A stretch of DNA of 64,000 bases from Candidatus Kapaibacterium sp. (GTDB lineage: Bacteria; Bacteroidota; Ignavibacteria; Kapaibacteriales; UBA2268): NCBI GenBank assembly GCA_038206725.1, contig JBBRAO010000004.1, positions 39,580 through 103,579 on the forward strand, written 5' to 3'. Position numbers and translations under genes: made by a program. Below the pieces are notes generated by a model. It ran no database searches. It was not told where the DNA came from and saw only the letters and a program-made list of their open reading frames with translations. Below are positions 1 through 9,069 of the stretch, piece after piece; within the stretch, counting starts at the first letter, position 1; each line of letters begins with the position of its first letter.

Positions 1-616
1 CTTCAACGGGACCTAAATCAAGGAAAACACCAAATGTGGTTATTGCGGTAACAGTACCGTGTACTTTGTCACCACGTTTAATGTTAGACCAGAATTCTGA
101 TTCAAGTATCGGACGGCGTGTAACAACAACGGTTTTTCTCTTTGTCTCGTCTTCTTGCATTTCAAGAATTGCAACATTAATTTTTGTTCCAACAGCTTGA
201 TTTAATTCTTCGTCCGAAGGACTTCTTTTAAATCCGAAATGCGAAGTTGGTAAAAACATAGGTACATTATCGTATAATACCCTAAAACCACCGCGAATTT
301 TGGCTATAACATCACCTTCTATAAATCCGCCGGTTTCCTTAATTGTTTTTAGATAGTTGAAAACTTCATTGATTTTTTCATCAGCCAAGTTTGAATTTGG
401 TTCAGTTAATATTGGTGTTTCTACTAATTCAGTTTCAACAGTAATAGGTGTTTCTACAGTTTCAGTATTAACTTTAATCTCGACTGTGTCTTGTTCTTCA
501 ACAATTGGTAAAGCGGTAATTGTTTCACCTGTATTGTCTTCTGAAGAAATTTCTGAAGTTTCTAAATTATTGATTTCGATTACGTCGTCAACAATTTTTG
601 TTTCGTTGTTATCCAT
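1..616 (-). CDS. S1 RNA-binding domain protein, N-terminal part only (gene continues past window start)
   Basis: Minus-strand ORF with ATG at 616-614, open at the window edge so absent from the ORF table. Translation MDNNETKIVDD..., acidic Thr/Glu-rich repeats (TVETPITVETELVETPI), then S1-like segments (GDVIAKIRGGFRVLYDNVPMFLPTSHF; RGDKVHGTVTAITTFGVFLDLG). The listed + ORF 357-629 is its antisense. Confidence 0.55.
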   Translation of the reverse strand, partial: MDNNETKIVDDVIEINNLETSEISSEDNTGETITALPIVEEQDTVEIKVNTETVETPITVETELVETPILTEPNSNLADEKINEVFNYLKTIKETGGFIEGDVIAKIRGGFRVLYDNVPMFLPTSHFGFKRSPSDEELNQAVGTKINVAILEMQEDETKRKTVVVTRRPILESEFWSNIKRGDKVHGTVTAITTFGVFLDLGPVE

Positions 617-702
617 GATAGTTATTTGATAATTAATAAATAATTCATTATAAAAATTCAAAAATACGAAAATTATAAGATAAATTATAATTTTTTAGAT
701 AT

Positions 703-2724
703 TTAATTTAGAATATTCTCAAAAATTAATTCTGCAATATCTTTTACTTTGACGTTTTCGACGTCCTTTGCTTTTAAACCGTCTTCAATCATTGTTAAGC
801 AAAACGGGCAATTCAAGGCAATACAATCGGGTGATGATTTCAGTAATTGCTCTGTTCTCTCGACATTTACACGTGTACCAATATGTTCTTCCATAAACAT
901 TTGTCCACCACCTGCACCACAGCAAAAGCCTTTTGATTTAGTTTTATCTGGTTCTAAAATATTTATTTTAGGAACTTTTTTTAGAAGCTTTCTGGGTTCA
1001 TCATAAATCGAATTGTATCTACCGAGGTAGCACGAATCGTGATATGCGATATTTATTTGTTTGTCATTGCTAACAATTAATGAACCGTTATTTATTAATT
1101 CATTTAGGAAAACCGAATGATGAACTACTTCAAATTTTGCTCCAAATTCAGGATATTCATTTTTAAAAGTATTATAGCAATGTGGACAGGTAACAACTAT
1201 TTTATTAAATTTATATTGATTAAGAACCTCAACATTTTGTTGTATCATCGTATCCGCCAAATATTCATTTCCGGTGCGGCGTGCTAAATCGCCATTACAA
1301 GATTCTTCTGTTCCTAATATCGCAAAATCAACGTTTGCTTTTTGCAAAAGTTTTGTAAATGCTACTGAAACTTTTTTTGCTCTGTCATCAAAGCTACCGG
1401 CACATCCAACCCAATAAAGAACGTCAAATTCCTTTTTGTCAGAAGCAAGAGGCACATTTAATCCTTCAGCCCAATCGGCTCTTTCCATCGGAGAGAATGC
1501 CCAAGGAGCTCCATTGTTTTCCAAATTAGCAAATAATCCTTGTAATTCTTCAGGAAAATCCGATTCCATCATAACTTTTGCGCGGCGCATAGAAACTATC
1601 GCCGGAACATGCTCAATCATAACAGGGCATTCCTGCATACAGGCACCACAACTCGTACAATTCCAGAGTTTTCCAGGTTCTTGGTAATCGCCGACATATA
1701 TTTTGTCAATAATATTTTGTTCTTTTTCTGTTAGTTTGTATTCTTCTTTGCTTTTAGAAGAATTCTGTTTTAATAATATAGGTAATTTATCAAATGAGCG
1801 ATTTCTGATTTGAACCATTATATCGCGCGGATCTAAGGGTTTTCCGGTAACATTGGCGGGGCAAACTGCAGTGCATCTTCCGCAATGAGTACAAGTAAAA
1901 CTATCTAAAATTGATTTCCAGGAATAATCAGTAACATCGGATACTCCGTATTGTTCTATTGTTTCATCAGCAAAATCAATACGATCAAGTTTATTCACCG
2001 GTTCTAAGGAAGAAAAATATACATTCGGAATTGATGAATATACGTGGAAGTGCTTAGAATAAGGCAAGTAATTCATAAATGCCAGTATCATTAAGCTATG
2101 TACCCAAAAAGCAATATTATGGATAGCTACAGCATTTTCAGGATTCAACAATAAGGCTAAGGATGATGATATTGGTCTAATAGCATACACAGCATCAACG
2201 TGTAAAACTATAGCGGATGCGTTTTCGAATAATAATCCTACAACAATCGTAAAGATTGATAATAAAACAATTAATGCATCTAATTTTTCGTGTTTATCAT
2301 CCATTTGCAGACGTTTTACTTTCACAACATATCGTCTAATTAAGGCAAATAAAACAGCAATTATTATTAAACCACAAAACAAATCTGTGAAAAACGTAAT
2401 TAAATAGTTGATTGCTCCTAAATTATCCCAAAAATTCGCTATCCCAAAACCTTTAAAAACAGAGGAAGAAGCAGAAAATAGCAGGATTAAAAAGCCCCAA
2501 AAAATGGCTAAATGGATAAATCCACCGGTAGGTTCTCTATAGATTTTCTTCTGGAAAAAGGCAATTCCCAAAACTTTAGCTAACCTTTTAGGAATATTAT
2601 CGAAACGATTTTCGTTTTTCGCTAATTTTAAATATTTGACATAACGTATTAAATTATAAGTTAAAAACGTAATTGCCGCCAAAAATATGACCATATAAAT
2701 AATGTTTTTTAATTCGAATTCCAT
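703..2724 (-). CDS. membrane-anchored Fe-S oxidoreductase (N-terminal polytopic His-rich membrane domain + 2x[4Fe-4S] ferredoxin motifs + 2 CCG cysteine-rich domains; HdrD/GlpC-like)
   Basis: 673 aa. About 6 predicted TM helices at the N-terminus. CTHCGRCTAVCP and CTSCGACMQECP ferredoxin-type motifs. C-terminal CCG-type cysteine motifs (WVGCAGSF, VVTCPHCYN, GFCCGAGGGQ). Confidence 0.65.
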   Translation of the reverse strand: MEFELKNIIYMVIFLAAITFLTYNLIRYVKYLKLAKNENRFDNIPKRLAKVLGIAFFQKKIYREPTGGFIHLAIFWGFLILLFSASSSVFKGFGIANFWDNLGAINYLITFFTDLFCGLIIIAVLFALIRRYVVKVKRLQMDDKHEKLDALIVLLSIFTIVVGLLFENASAIVLHVDAVYAIRPISSSLALLLNPENAVAIHNIAFWVHSLMILAFMNYLPYSKHFHVYSSIPNVYFSSLEPVNKLDRIDFADETIEQYGVSDVTDYSWKSILDSFTCTHCGRCTAVCPANVTGKPLDPRDIMVQIRNRSFDKLPILLKQNSSKSKEEYKLTEKEQNIIDKIYVGDYQEPGKLWNCTSCGACMQECPVMIEHVPAIVSMRRAKVMMESDFPEELQGLFANLENNGAPWAFSPMERADWAEGLNVPLASDKKEFDVLYWVGCAGSFDDRAKKVSVAFTKLLQKANVDFAILGTEESCNGDLARRTGNEYLADTMIQQNVEVLNQYKFNKIVVTCPHCYNTFKNEYPEFGAKFEVVHHSVFLNELINNGSLIVSNDKQINIAYHDSCYLGRYNSIYDEPRKLLKKVPKINILEPDKTKSKGFCCGAGGGQMFMEEHIGTRVNVERTEQLLKSSPDCIALNCPFCLTMIEDGLKAKDVENVKVKDIAELIFENILN

Positions 2725-2875
2725 CTTTTTTTCTTGTTAGTTTTGTAAAAAATATTAAATTAATTAGCGCTATATTCTTATATTTGAGAATTATTTTCGC
2801 CAATTTTAAGAATTTAAAAATAATAAAAAAAGATTAGAAACAAGCAAAATGTATCAATAATTTTAGGTGATTAGT

Positions 2876-5800
2876 ATGAACATCGTTTATTTATTTATAG
2901 GAATGTTATTAGTTACATCACATAGTATATTAGCACAAAACAAATTATACTATGAAGATAACGGTAAAATAACCGGTGCTTACACCGAACAAATTAACTT
3001 TGAAGAAACTTGTATTTTAAAACCGAATGTACCCTGTATGGTTGATACGGTTTATGTGTACTTGAAAGGTGGTTCCTCTTGCCGAGATACTGTATGGCTG
3101 GCTATGGATCCAAGCGATGGTTCATATCCGCCAACAGCTTGGGTGTTACATTACGCCGCTTACGCTGAATTAATTTTTCAATATACAGGTGAGGGTTGGT
3201 ACAAATTCGAGGTAAAAGATAAAGAAATAAATATAGGTGGATTTAATAGATTATGTATAATGCATCATATCAATGCTAATGGACCTGCGTTAGCATACGA
3301 TAATGTACCGCAAGGTAATGCTTATAATACAATACAATCGTGGATGTGCGATGTTTATAAGCCTAATCCCGATTTTTATAATATAGCAGGTACTTTAACA
3401 CAAAAAGCCGGCGGCCACTTTTTAGCACGCCTTTCAGTAAGATATCTTTTTAATGAAGAAGGAACACCACCTGCACCAACCATGGTTGATGCGACGATCC
3501 AAGCCAAGCTTACTGATAATTCAAATAACCCTCTATTAGATGCAATTGCTTCAGTTGCAGATTGGAATAATGATGGTTGGGATGATTTAGCTTTTGCTGG
3601 TTCCTTTTTTCAAAACAATAAAGATGGCACTTATACAAATGTAACATCAACAATAGGTATTACTGGAGGACAAACAGTATGGGGTGATATAGATAATGAC
3701 TCTTATGTTGATTGTTTTGTTGTTGGAGGCGGATTGAATGATAAAATTTTCTGGGGTAATGCTGACGGAACTTTTACGGAAAACACAGATGTGGTTATGA
3801 AAATTGACCAACCAACAGTAACTCCACTGCTGTTTGATTATAATAAAGATGGGCTTTTGGATATTTACATAGCTTATGGCAGGAAAGAAGTAAATGGAAC
3901 AGAAACTTATTTTCAAGATAGGCTTTACAAAAACATTGGTAATAGAAAATTTGAAAATGTAACTGTTTCTTCAGGCATTTCGAAAGGAGAGGTTGCACCG
4001 TTTTATGATTGTTGGGGAGCAAGTGTTTGCGATTATAACAATGATGGTTGGGTTGATGTTTTTGTTGCGACATATAGATTAGCACCCGATTTATTATATA
4101 AAAACAATGGAGACGGTACATTTACTGAAGTAGGTAAATCAACAGGTGCAAGAGGTACGGCTACAACAGATCCAAACTATTTCGGACACGGAATGGGATC
4201 GGATTGGGGAGATTATGACAATGACGGCGATTATGATCTTGCTATTGGTAATTTAGGTCATCCCGATTCACGAGGTCAAGTATCAAACCCTTCTTTGATT
4301 TTAGAAAATAATAATTCACAGACATTTACAAATGTTACTAATAAAAGAAGATTGCTTTTCTTCGAGATGAATGCGGGTATCGTTTGGGCGGATTTAAACA
4401 ATGATTCTTGGTTAGATTTAGTTCACGCAGAGTATTCTTACAATAGTAAAAGCACAACACCTGCACCCAATCATTCGCGATTTTATTTGAATACCGGTAA
4501 AGATGGAGAGTTTAAACTGGTAGATAAAACTTGGGAATGGGGTGCTTCAATTCACGGAGCGTGGTGCCCGATAAGATTGGATTATGATAACGATGGTGAT
4601 TTGGACATTCTTGTCGCAAGTAGTAATGAATCGGTTAAACTATTCAAAAATGGACTTCCTGACAAAGGTAATTGGGTAGAAATTAGATTAAAAGGCGATA
4701 AAACTTCAGGAGTGAATTCATTAGGTTATGGTGCATCAGTGATTCTTGAATCAAATAATAACAGTTATATTAGAAATTTACCCGGTTCGGTTATTAATGG
4801 TCGCGCGGCACAAAGTTCTAACATACTTCATTTTGGTTTAGGGGAGTCAGCAAAAGTGGATAAGATTACTGTTAATTGGAATAACCCTGCCAAAGATGTT
4901 ACAATAATCGAAAACCCTCCTGTTAATTTAATATTGGAAATTGGTAAAAATGGACTCCTCAACCAAGGGAATGCGGCATTACTAGCACTTGATAAATCAA
5001 TCCTAGATTTTGGAACCATTAATTGCAACGAATCTAAGGAAATGACTTTAAAAGTTTCGAATATTGGAGTTAACGATGCTAATTTATCTGATATTAAAAT
5101 TGAGTCTGACAATGCTTTTAAGTTAAAAACGACCTTTACGCCAAAACTTTTAAAAGCAGGAGAAACTACTGATATTAGTGTCATTTTTAATCCTACTGAG
5201 AAGAACATTTATAAATCATATTTAACAATTACTAATAATGCAATGAATTTTACTGTTGGAAAGGTTTTATTGAAGGGTTTTGGATATAAGCCATCAGGTG
5301 AAATTAAATCAAAAACTCAATTGATTGATTTTGATACTGTTTTAGTTGACGATGAGAGAACTCAAATTATTCCGATTGAGAACATTGGTGAAAACGTACT
5401 AACTATAAATACTATGAACGTTATATCAAATTCATCAAATTATTTTACTATTGAAAACAGTGCATTACCGATAGCAATTCCGGTTGGTGATTCTTATGAC
5501 TTAAAACTGAAATTCAAACCTCTTTCTGAAACGGCTATCAATGGTAAGTTGGTTATTAATTCCGATGCGTATTTATATTCAAAATTAGAAATTCCCTTAA
5601 AAGCTTTCGGTGAAGAGAGAAAACCAATTATTACAACATCTGAGAAAGTTATTCAATTTGAAAAAACAAAAATAGGGGATACAACGTATAAAGAACTTCA
5701 AATAATCAACAAAGGTAACAAAGATCTTGAAGTAACCGGGATGGAGATTATTATGAATAAGAAATCCGAATTTGGACTTAAAGATTTCAATCCACCATAC

Positions 5801-6232
5801 ATCATACCAATGTCCGAGACATTAAAGGTGAATTTATTTTTTACTGCTCAAAAAGAAGGATTAGCGACCAAATCTTTGGAAATAACCTCGAACTCTTTTG
5901 GAAGTTCAAAATTTAGAGTTCCTCTCGAGGGTACAGGGTATAATCCGGATGCTGTTAATGATATAGATTTTAAATCTTATAATTTTTATATAACTCCAAA
6001 TCCGGTTAAAGATAAAGCCAAACTAATTATTAATATTAAAGAAACCTTGAAAAGTCCTTTCAGATTAAACTTATACGACTTTTCAGGTAAAGTACTGGAT
6101 AGCTACGAAACAAAGAGTCAAGCTATTGGTGAGTATGTGATTGAATTGAATTTTTCGGCTTATAGTACCGGTATGTATTATATAGCTGACGAAAAAGGAA
6201 CCAATTTTTTACGTTTTTTAATTAGTAAATAA
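2876..6232 (+). CDS. secreted FG-GAP repeat / ASPIC-UnbV (CRTAC1-like) protein with T9SS C-terminal sorting domain
   Basis: Likely ATG at 2876 preceded by AGGTGA; the ORF table start 2867 is a GTG. Signal peptide. Multiple DxDxDG Ca-binding FG-GAP-type repeats (DYNNDGWVDVF, DYDNDGDYDLAIG, DYDNDGDLDILV). UnbV/ASPIC-like segment (GYGASVILESNNNSYIRNLPGSVINGRAAQSSNILHFGLG...VNWNN). Terminal about 80 aa resemble a Por/T9SS CTD (ITPNPVKDKAKLIINI...GMYYIADEKGTNFLRFLISK). Confidence 0.6.
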   Translation: MNIVYLFIGMLLVTSHSILAQNKLYYEDNGKITGAYTEQINFEETCILKPNVPCMVDTVYVYLKGGSSCRDTVWLAMDPSDGSYPPTAWVLHYAAYAELIFQYTGEGWYKFEVKDKEINIGGFNRLCIMHHINANGPALAYDNVPQGNAYNTIQSWMCDVYKPNPDFYNIAGTLTQKAGGHFLARLSVRYLFNEEGTPPAPTMVDATIQAKLTDNSNNPLLDAIASVADWNNDGWDDLAFAGSFFQNNKDGTYTNVTSTIGITGGQTVWGDIDNDSYVDCFVVGGGLNDKIFWGNADGTFTENTDVVMKIDQPTVTPLLFDYNKDGLLDIYIAYGRKEVNGTETYFQDRLYKNIGNRKFENVTVSSGISKGEVAPFYDCWGASVCDYNNDGWVDVFVATYRLAPDLLYKNNGDGTFTEVGKSTGARGTATTDPNYFGHGMGSDWGDYDNDGDYDLAIGNLGHPDSRGQVSNPSLILENNNSQTFTNVTNKRRLLFFEMNAGIVWADLNNDSWLDLVHAEYSYNSKSTTPAPNHSRFYLNTGKDGEFKLVDKTWEWGASIHGAWCPIRLDYDNDGDLDILVASSNESVKLFKNGLPDKGNWVEIRLKGDKTSGVNSLGYGASVILESNNNSYIRNLPGSVINGRAAQSSNILHFGLGESAKVDKITVNWNNPAKDVTIIENPPVNLILEIGKNGLLNQGNAALLALDKSILDFGTINCNESKEMTLKVSNIGVNDANLSDIKIESDNAFKLKTTFTPKLLKAGETTDISVIFNPTEKNIYKSYLTITNNAMNFTVGKVLLKGFGYKPSGEIKSKTQLIDFDTVLVDDERTQIIPIENIGENVLTINTMNVISNSSNYFTIENSALPIAIPVGDSYDLKLKFKPLSETAINGKLVINSDAYLYSKLEIPLKAFGEERKPIITTSEKVIQFEKTKIGDTTYKELQIINKGNKDLEVTGMEIIMNKKSEFGLKDFNPPYIIPMSETLKVNLFFTAQKEGLATKSLEITSNSFGSSKFRVPLEGTGYNPDAVNDIDFKSYNFYITPNPVKDKAKLIINIKETLKSPFRLNLYDFSGKVLDSYETKSQAIGEYVIELNFSAYSTGMYYIADEKGTNFLRFLISK

Positions 6233-6274
6233 ATTTAATATAGTAATTTAGATTGTTTCGAACTAATCTATGAT

Positions 6275-6310
6275 AAAAGGATGAAAAACTAGAATTTTCA
6301 TCCTTTTACA
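6275..6310 (+). terminator. rho-independent terminator hairpin
   Basis: AAAAGGATGAAAA-actagaa-TTTTCATCCTTTT followed by T-rich tract, 40 nt after stop of 2876-6232. Confidence 0.5.
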
Positions 6311-6478
6311 TTTTATTAAAGTCATAAATGTTATTATTGCTAATCTGATAGCTGCTATTATTAAAGTATAAATAGATGGATTCTATTGACAGATTATTTA
6401 TAAAAAAAACCTGAGTTGTTGAAAAGTTCTATCAGATTTACTATACTAATTAGCAATTTTTCATTATTTTTGAAGAAT

Positions 6479-7711
6479 ATGAAAAAAATAATACTAATAT
6501 CTTTATTGCTTTTAATTTGTTTCCAGCCTTGTTTTTCACGTAGTAAAATAAAGCTGGGGATAGATGTATTGTTGGATGAAAATTATAAACCTATTGAAAA
6601 CAAGAACATCGCCTTGCTATCGAATTTTGCCGGAAGATCGTCCGATGGAATTCTAACAGCTGAATTATTATCAAAGGCAAAAAACTTTAAATTAAAGATG
6701 ATTCTTTCACCGGAACACGGCTTTTTTACTACTATGCCCGCCGGTCAAAGTATTTCTGATACAATTATTGATGGAATTCCGATAGTTTCGCTTTATGGAA
6801 AAAATCGTGAACCTAACAAAGATTTGCTAAATAATATTGATGTTATTGTTGTTGATATTCAAGATGTCGGAGTGCGATCTTATACATATATCAGCACATT
6901 GTTCAATACTATGAAATTTGCTGCTGAAAACGATATTAAAGTTATAGTTTTGGATAGACCTAACCCCTTAAATGGTATTATTGTAGATGGGAATGTAATT
7001 GAACCGGAATGGTTTTCATTTGTTGGGATTATCCCAATTTCCTATATTCACGGGTGTACTATTGGTGAATTAGCATTAATGATTAATAGCGAAAATTGGC
7101 TTTCGAAAGAAAAAATCTTGAAATGCGATTTGGAAATTATTAGGATGGTAGGTTGGAAGAGAGAAATGGCTTGGGAAGACACCGGATTGGATTGGTATCC
7201 AACATCCCCACATATTCCTACAGTCAATGCCGCACGAGGTATGGCAGTATTTGGAGCATTTGGAGAATTAGGCATTACGAGCTTGGGAATTGGAACCACA
7301 ACTCCATTTCAGATAATTGGTCATAAAACTTTCGATTTTTTTTATGATAATCACATTTCCGATACCTTCGAATATTGTTCTTTTTCGACTAGCCCTATGA
7401 TATTCAGACCGTTTTATGGTAAATATAAAGATGAAAATATAAACGGTCTATTTTGTAATTTCCATTTTGATGTTGACTGTAAACCCTACCAAGATGGTAT
7501 AAATTTCTTTTTGAATCTACGAAACATATATCCAGATCTTTTTAATGAGTTTCTTTACAGACCTGAACAAATCAAGATGTTCAAAAAGGTTACAGGAACC
7601 GATAGAATTTTTAAAATTGTTTTTAATAATTCTGAAAATAATATTACCGAAAGTATAACAAACGATTTATACAAGTTCATAATTTTAAGAAATAACTACT
7701 TATTGTATTAA
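6479..7711 (+). CDS. DUF1343 family protein, exo-beta-N-acetylmuramidase NamZ-like
   Basis: Signal peptide MKKIILISLLLLICFQPCFS (ATG 6479; the ORF table start 6416 is an upstream extension). KLGIDVLLDE...IALLSNFAG N-terminal pattern as I recall for DUF1343/NamZ (YbbC) proteins. Confidence 0.5.
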   Translation: MKKIILISLLLLICFQPCFSRSKIKLGIDVLLDENYKPIENKNIALLSNFAGRSSDGILTAELLSKAKNFKLKMILSPEHGFFTTMPAGQSISDTIIDGIPIVSLYGKNREPNKDLLNNIDVIVVDIQDVGVRSYTYISTLFNTMKFAAENDIKVIVLDRPNPLNGIIVDGNVIEPEWFSFVGIIPISYIHGCTIGELALMINSENWLSKEKILKCDLEIIRMVGWKREMAWEDTGLDWYPTSPHIPTVNAARGMAVFGAFGELGITSLGIGTTTPFQIIGHKTFDFFYDNHISDTFEYCSFSTSPMIFRPFYGKYKDENINGLFCNFHFDVDCKPYQDGINFFLNLRNIYPDLFNEFLYRPEQIKMFKKVTGTDRIFKIVFNNSENNITESITNDLYKFIILRNNYLLY

Positions 7712-7712
7712 T

Positions 7713-8897
7713 ATGAAATCAATTTTAATTTTAATTTTTCTTTTATTCTCAACTTTAGAATTATATTCCCAAGAATATGTTGAAGTTAAACCAAAATCAG
7801 GCGATGGTACTCAAAGGCTTTTTGAAAGATATATGATTTCCTATACCAATGATAATATCAAGTTATTTACAGAACTTAATATTGGCAAATTTGTCGGAAA
7901 AAATATTTTAATGACACACAACAAATACAAACTGCCAATAATAGAATATGCTTACAATGGTCAAAACATCAGAACATCGTTAAATATTACTGATTATGAA
8001 ATAGCAAAAAAAGTACAGGCTTATAATGATAAAGTATTTGATAAAGATATCAAACCTAAGAATTATAAATCTGATAAGATCCTTTGGGTTCCTTGCGATT
8101 TAATTAATTATATAAAACCAGAAACGACCACAGCTGTAGAAGTAAAAGCAACAAAGGAGCCAAGGATTTGGAAAATATTTGGGTCTGATTATGAAAAAAT
8201 CACACCGCAAGACAAATCATTAAATGGTCATATTTATTATTTAGTAAGTGGGCACGGTGGACCGGATCCGGGGGCAATAGGTTATTGTTCAGGACATGAA
8301 CTTCACGAAGATGAATATGCTTATGATGTTACACTACGATTGGCAAGAAAACTGCTCCTTCACAGTGCAACGGTTTATATTATTGTACAGGATCCGAAAG
8401 ATGGTATCCGTGATCAATCATATTTAGAAACAGGTAACAGGGAAGTATATTTGGGAAACATTCAAATTTCTTCGAATCAAAAAGAAAGATTGCAAAAGAG
8501 TGTCGATATAATCAATAGTTTATATCATAAAAACAAAAGTACCGCTTTGTCACAGCAAGCTATTATAACCCACGTTGATTCACGATATACAGAAAAACGT
8601 ATTGATATATTCTTTTACTATAATGAAGGAAGTGCCAAAGGTGAGAAATTAGCTTATACCTTACTTAATTCGATTGAGGACAAATACCAACTCGCCCAAC
8701 CCGGACGCGGTTATGCCGGAACGGTAACTACTAGGAATCTATTTATGCTTAGAAATACAGTACCACCTACGGTCTATATTGAAATTGGTAACATTCAGAA
8801 TCCTATGGACCAAATAAGAATATTACAAGCTAATAATCGTCAAGCAATGGCAAATTGGCTTTGTGATGGGTTAATTAATTATATGAAAAACCGTTAG
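7713..8897 (+). CDS. N-acetylmuramoyl-L-alanine amidase (Amidase_3 family)
   Basis: Start 2 nt after the preceding stop. YYLVSGHGGPDPGAIGY...EDEYAYDVTLRLARKL...ITHVDSR...IEIGNIQNPMD, the zinc-amidase fold pattern of AmiA/B/C-type enzymes. Confidence 0.6.
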   Translation: MKSILILIFLLFSTLELYSQEYVEVKPKSGDGTQRLFERYMISYTNDNIKLFTELNIGKFVGKNILMTHNKYKLPIIEYAYNGQNIRTSLNITDYEIAKKVQAYNDKVFDKDIKPKNYKSDKILWVPCDLINYIKPETTTAVEVKATKEPRIWKIFGSDYEKITPQDKSLNGHIYYLVSGHGGPDPGAIGYCSGHELHEDEYAYDVTLRLARKLLLHSATVYIIVQDPKDGIRDQSYLETGNREVYLGNIQISSNQKERLQKSVDIINSLYHKNKSTALSQQAIITHVDSRYTEKRIDIFFYYNEGSAKGEKLAYTLLNSIEDKYQLAQPGRGYAGTVTTRNLFMLRNTVPPTVYIEIGNIQNPMDQIRILQANNRQAMANWLCDGLINYMKNR

Positions 8898-9069
8898 CTC
8901 GGAATTTGATGTAACCTAATAAGGTCAGTTAAAATTCTAAAAAAAATATAATGAATTTTAATAGAATTATGTAACACAATTTCAAAAAATGTGTTATTGT
9001 TAATGTGAATTAGGTATTTTTTTTTGATTGAAAATTAGAATAAAATTTTAACATATTTGAGAGTAATTT

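Noticed and set aside
357-629. 90-aa + strand ORF with repetitive VSTxSV pattern
   Set aside because: Antisense shadow of the minus-strand S1-domain gene (1-616). Low-complexity mirror of its acidic repeat region.  No SD or context.
3647-4121. Two overlapping minus-strand ORFs (89 and 108 aa) inside the FG-GAP/ASPIC gene
   Set aside because: Embedded antisense in a long, motif-rich + strand CDS. No independent support.
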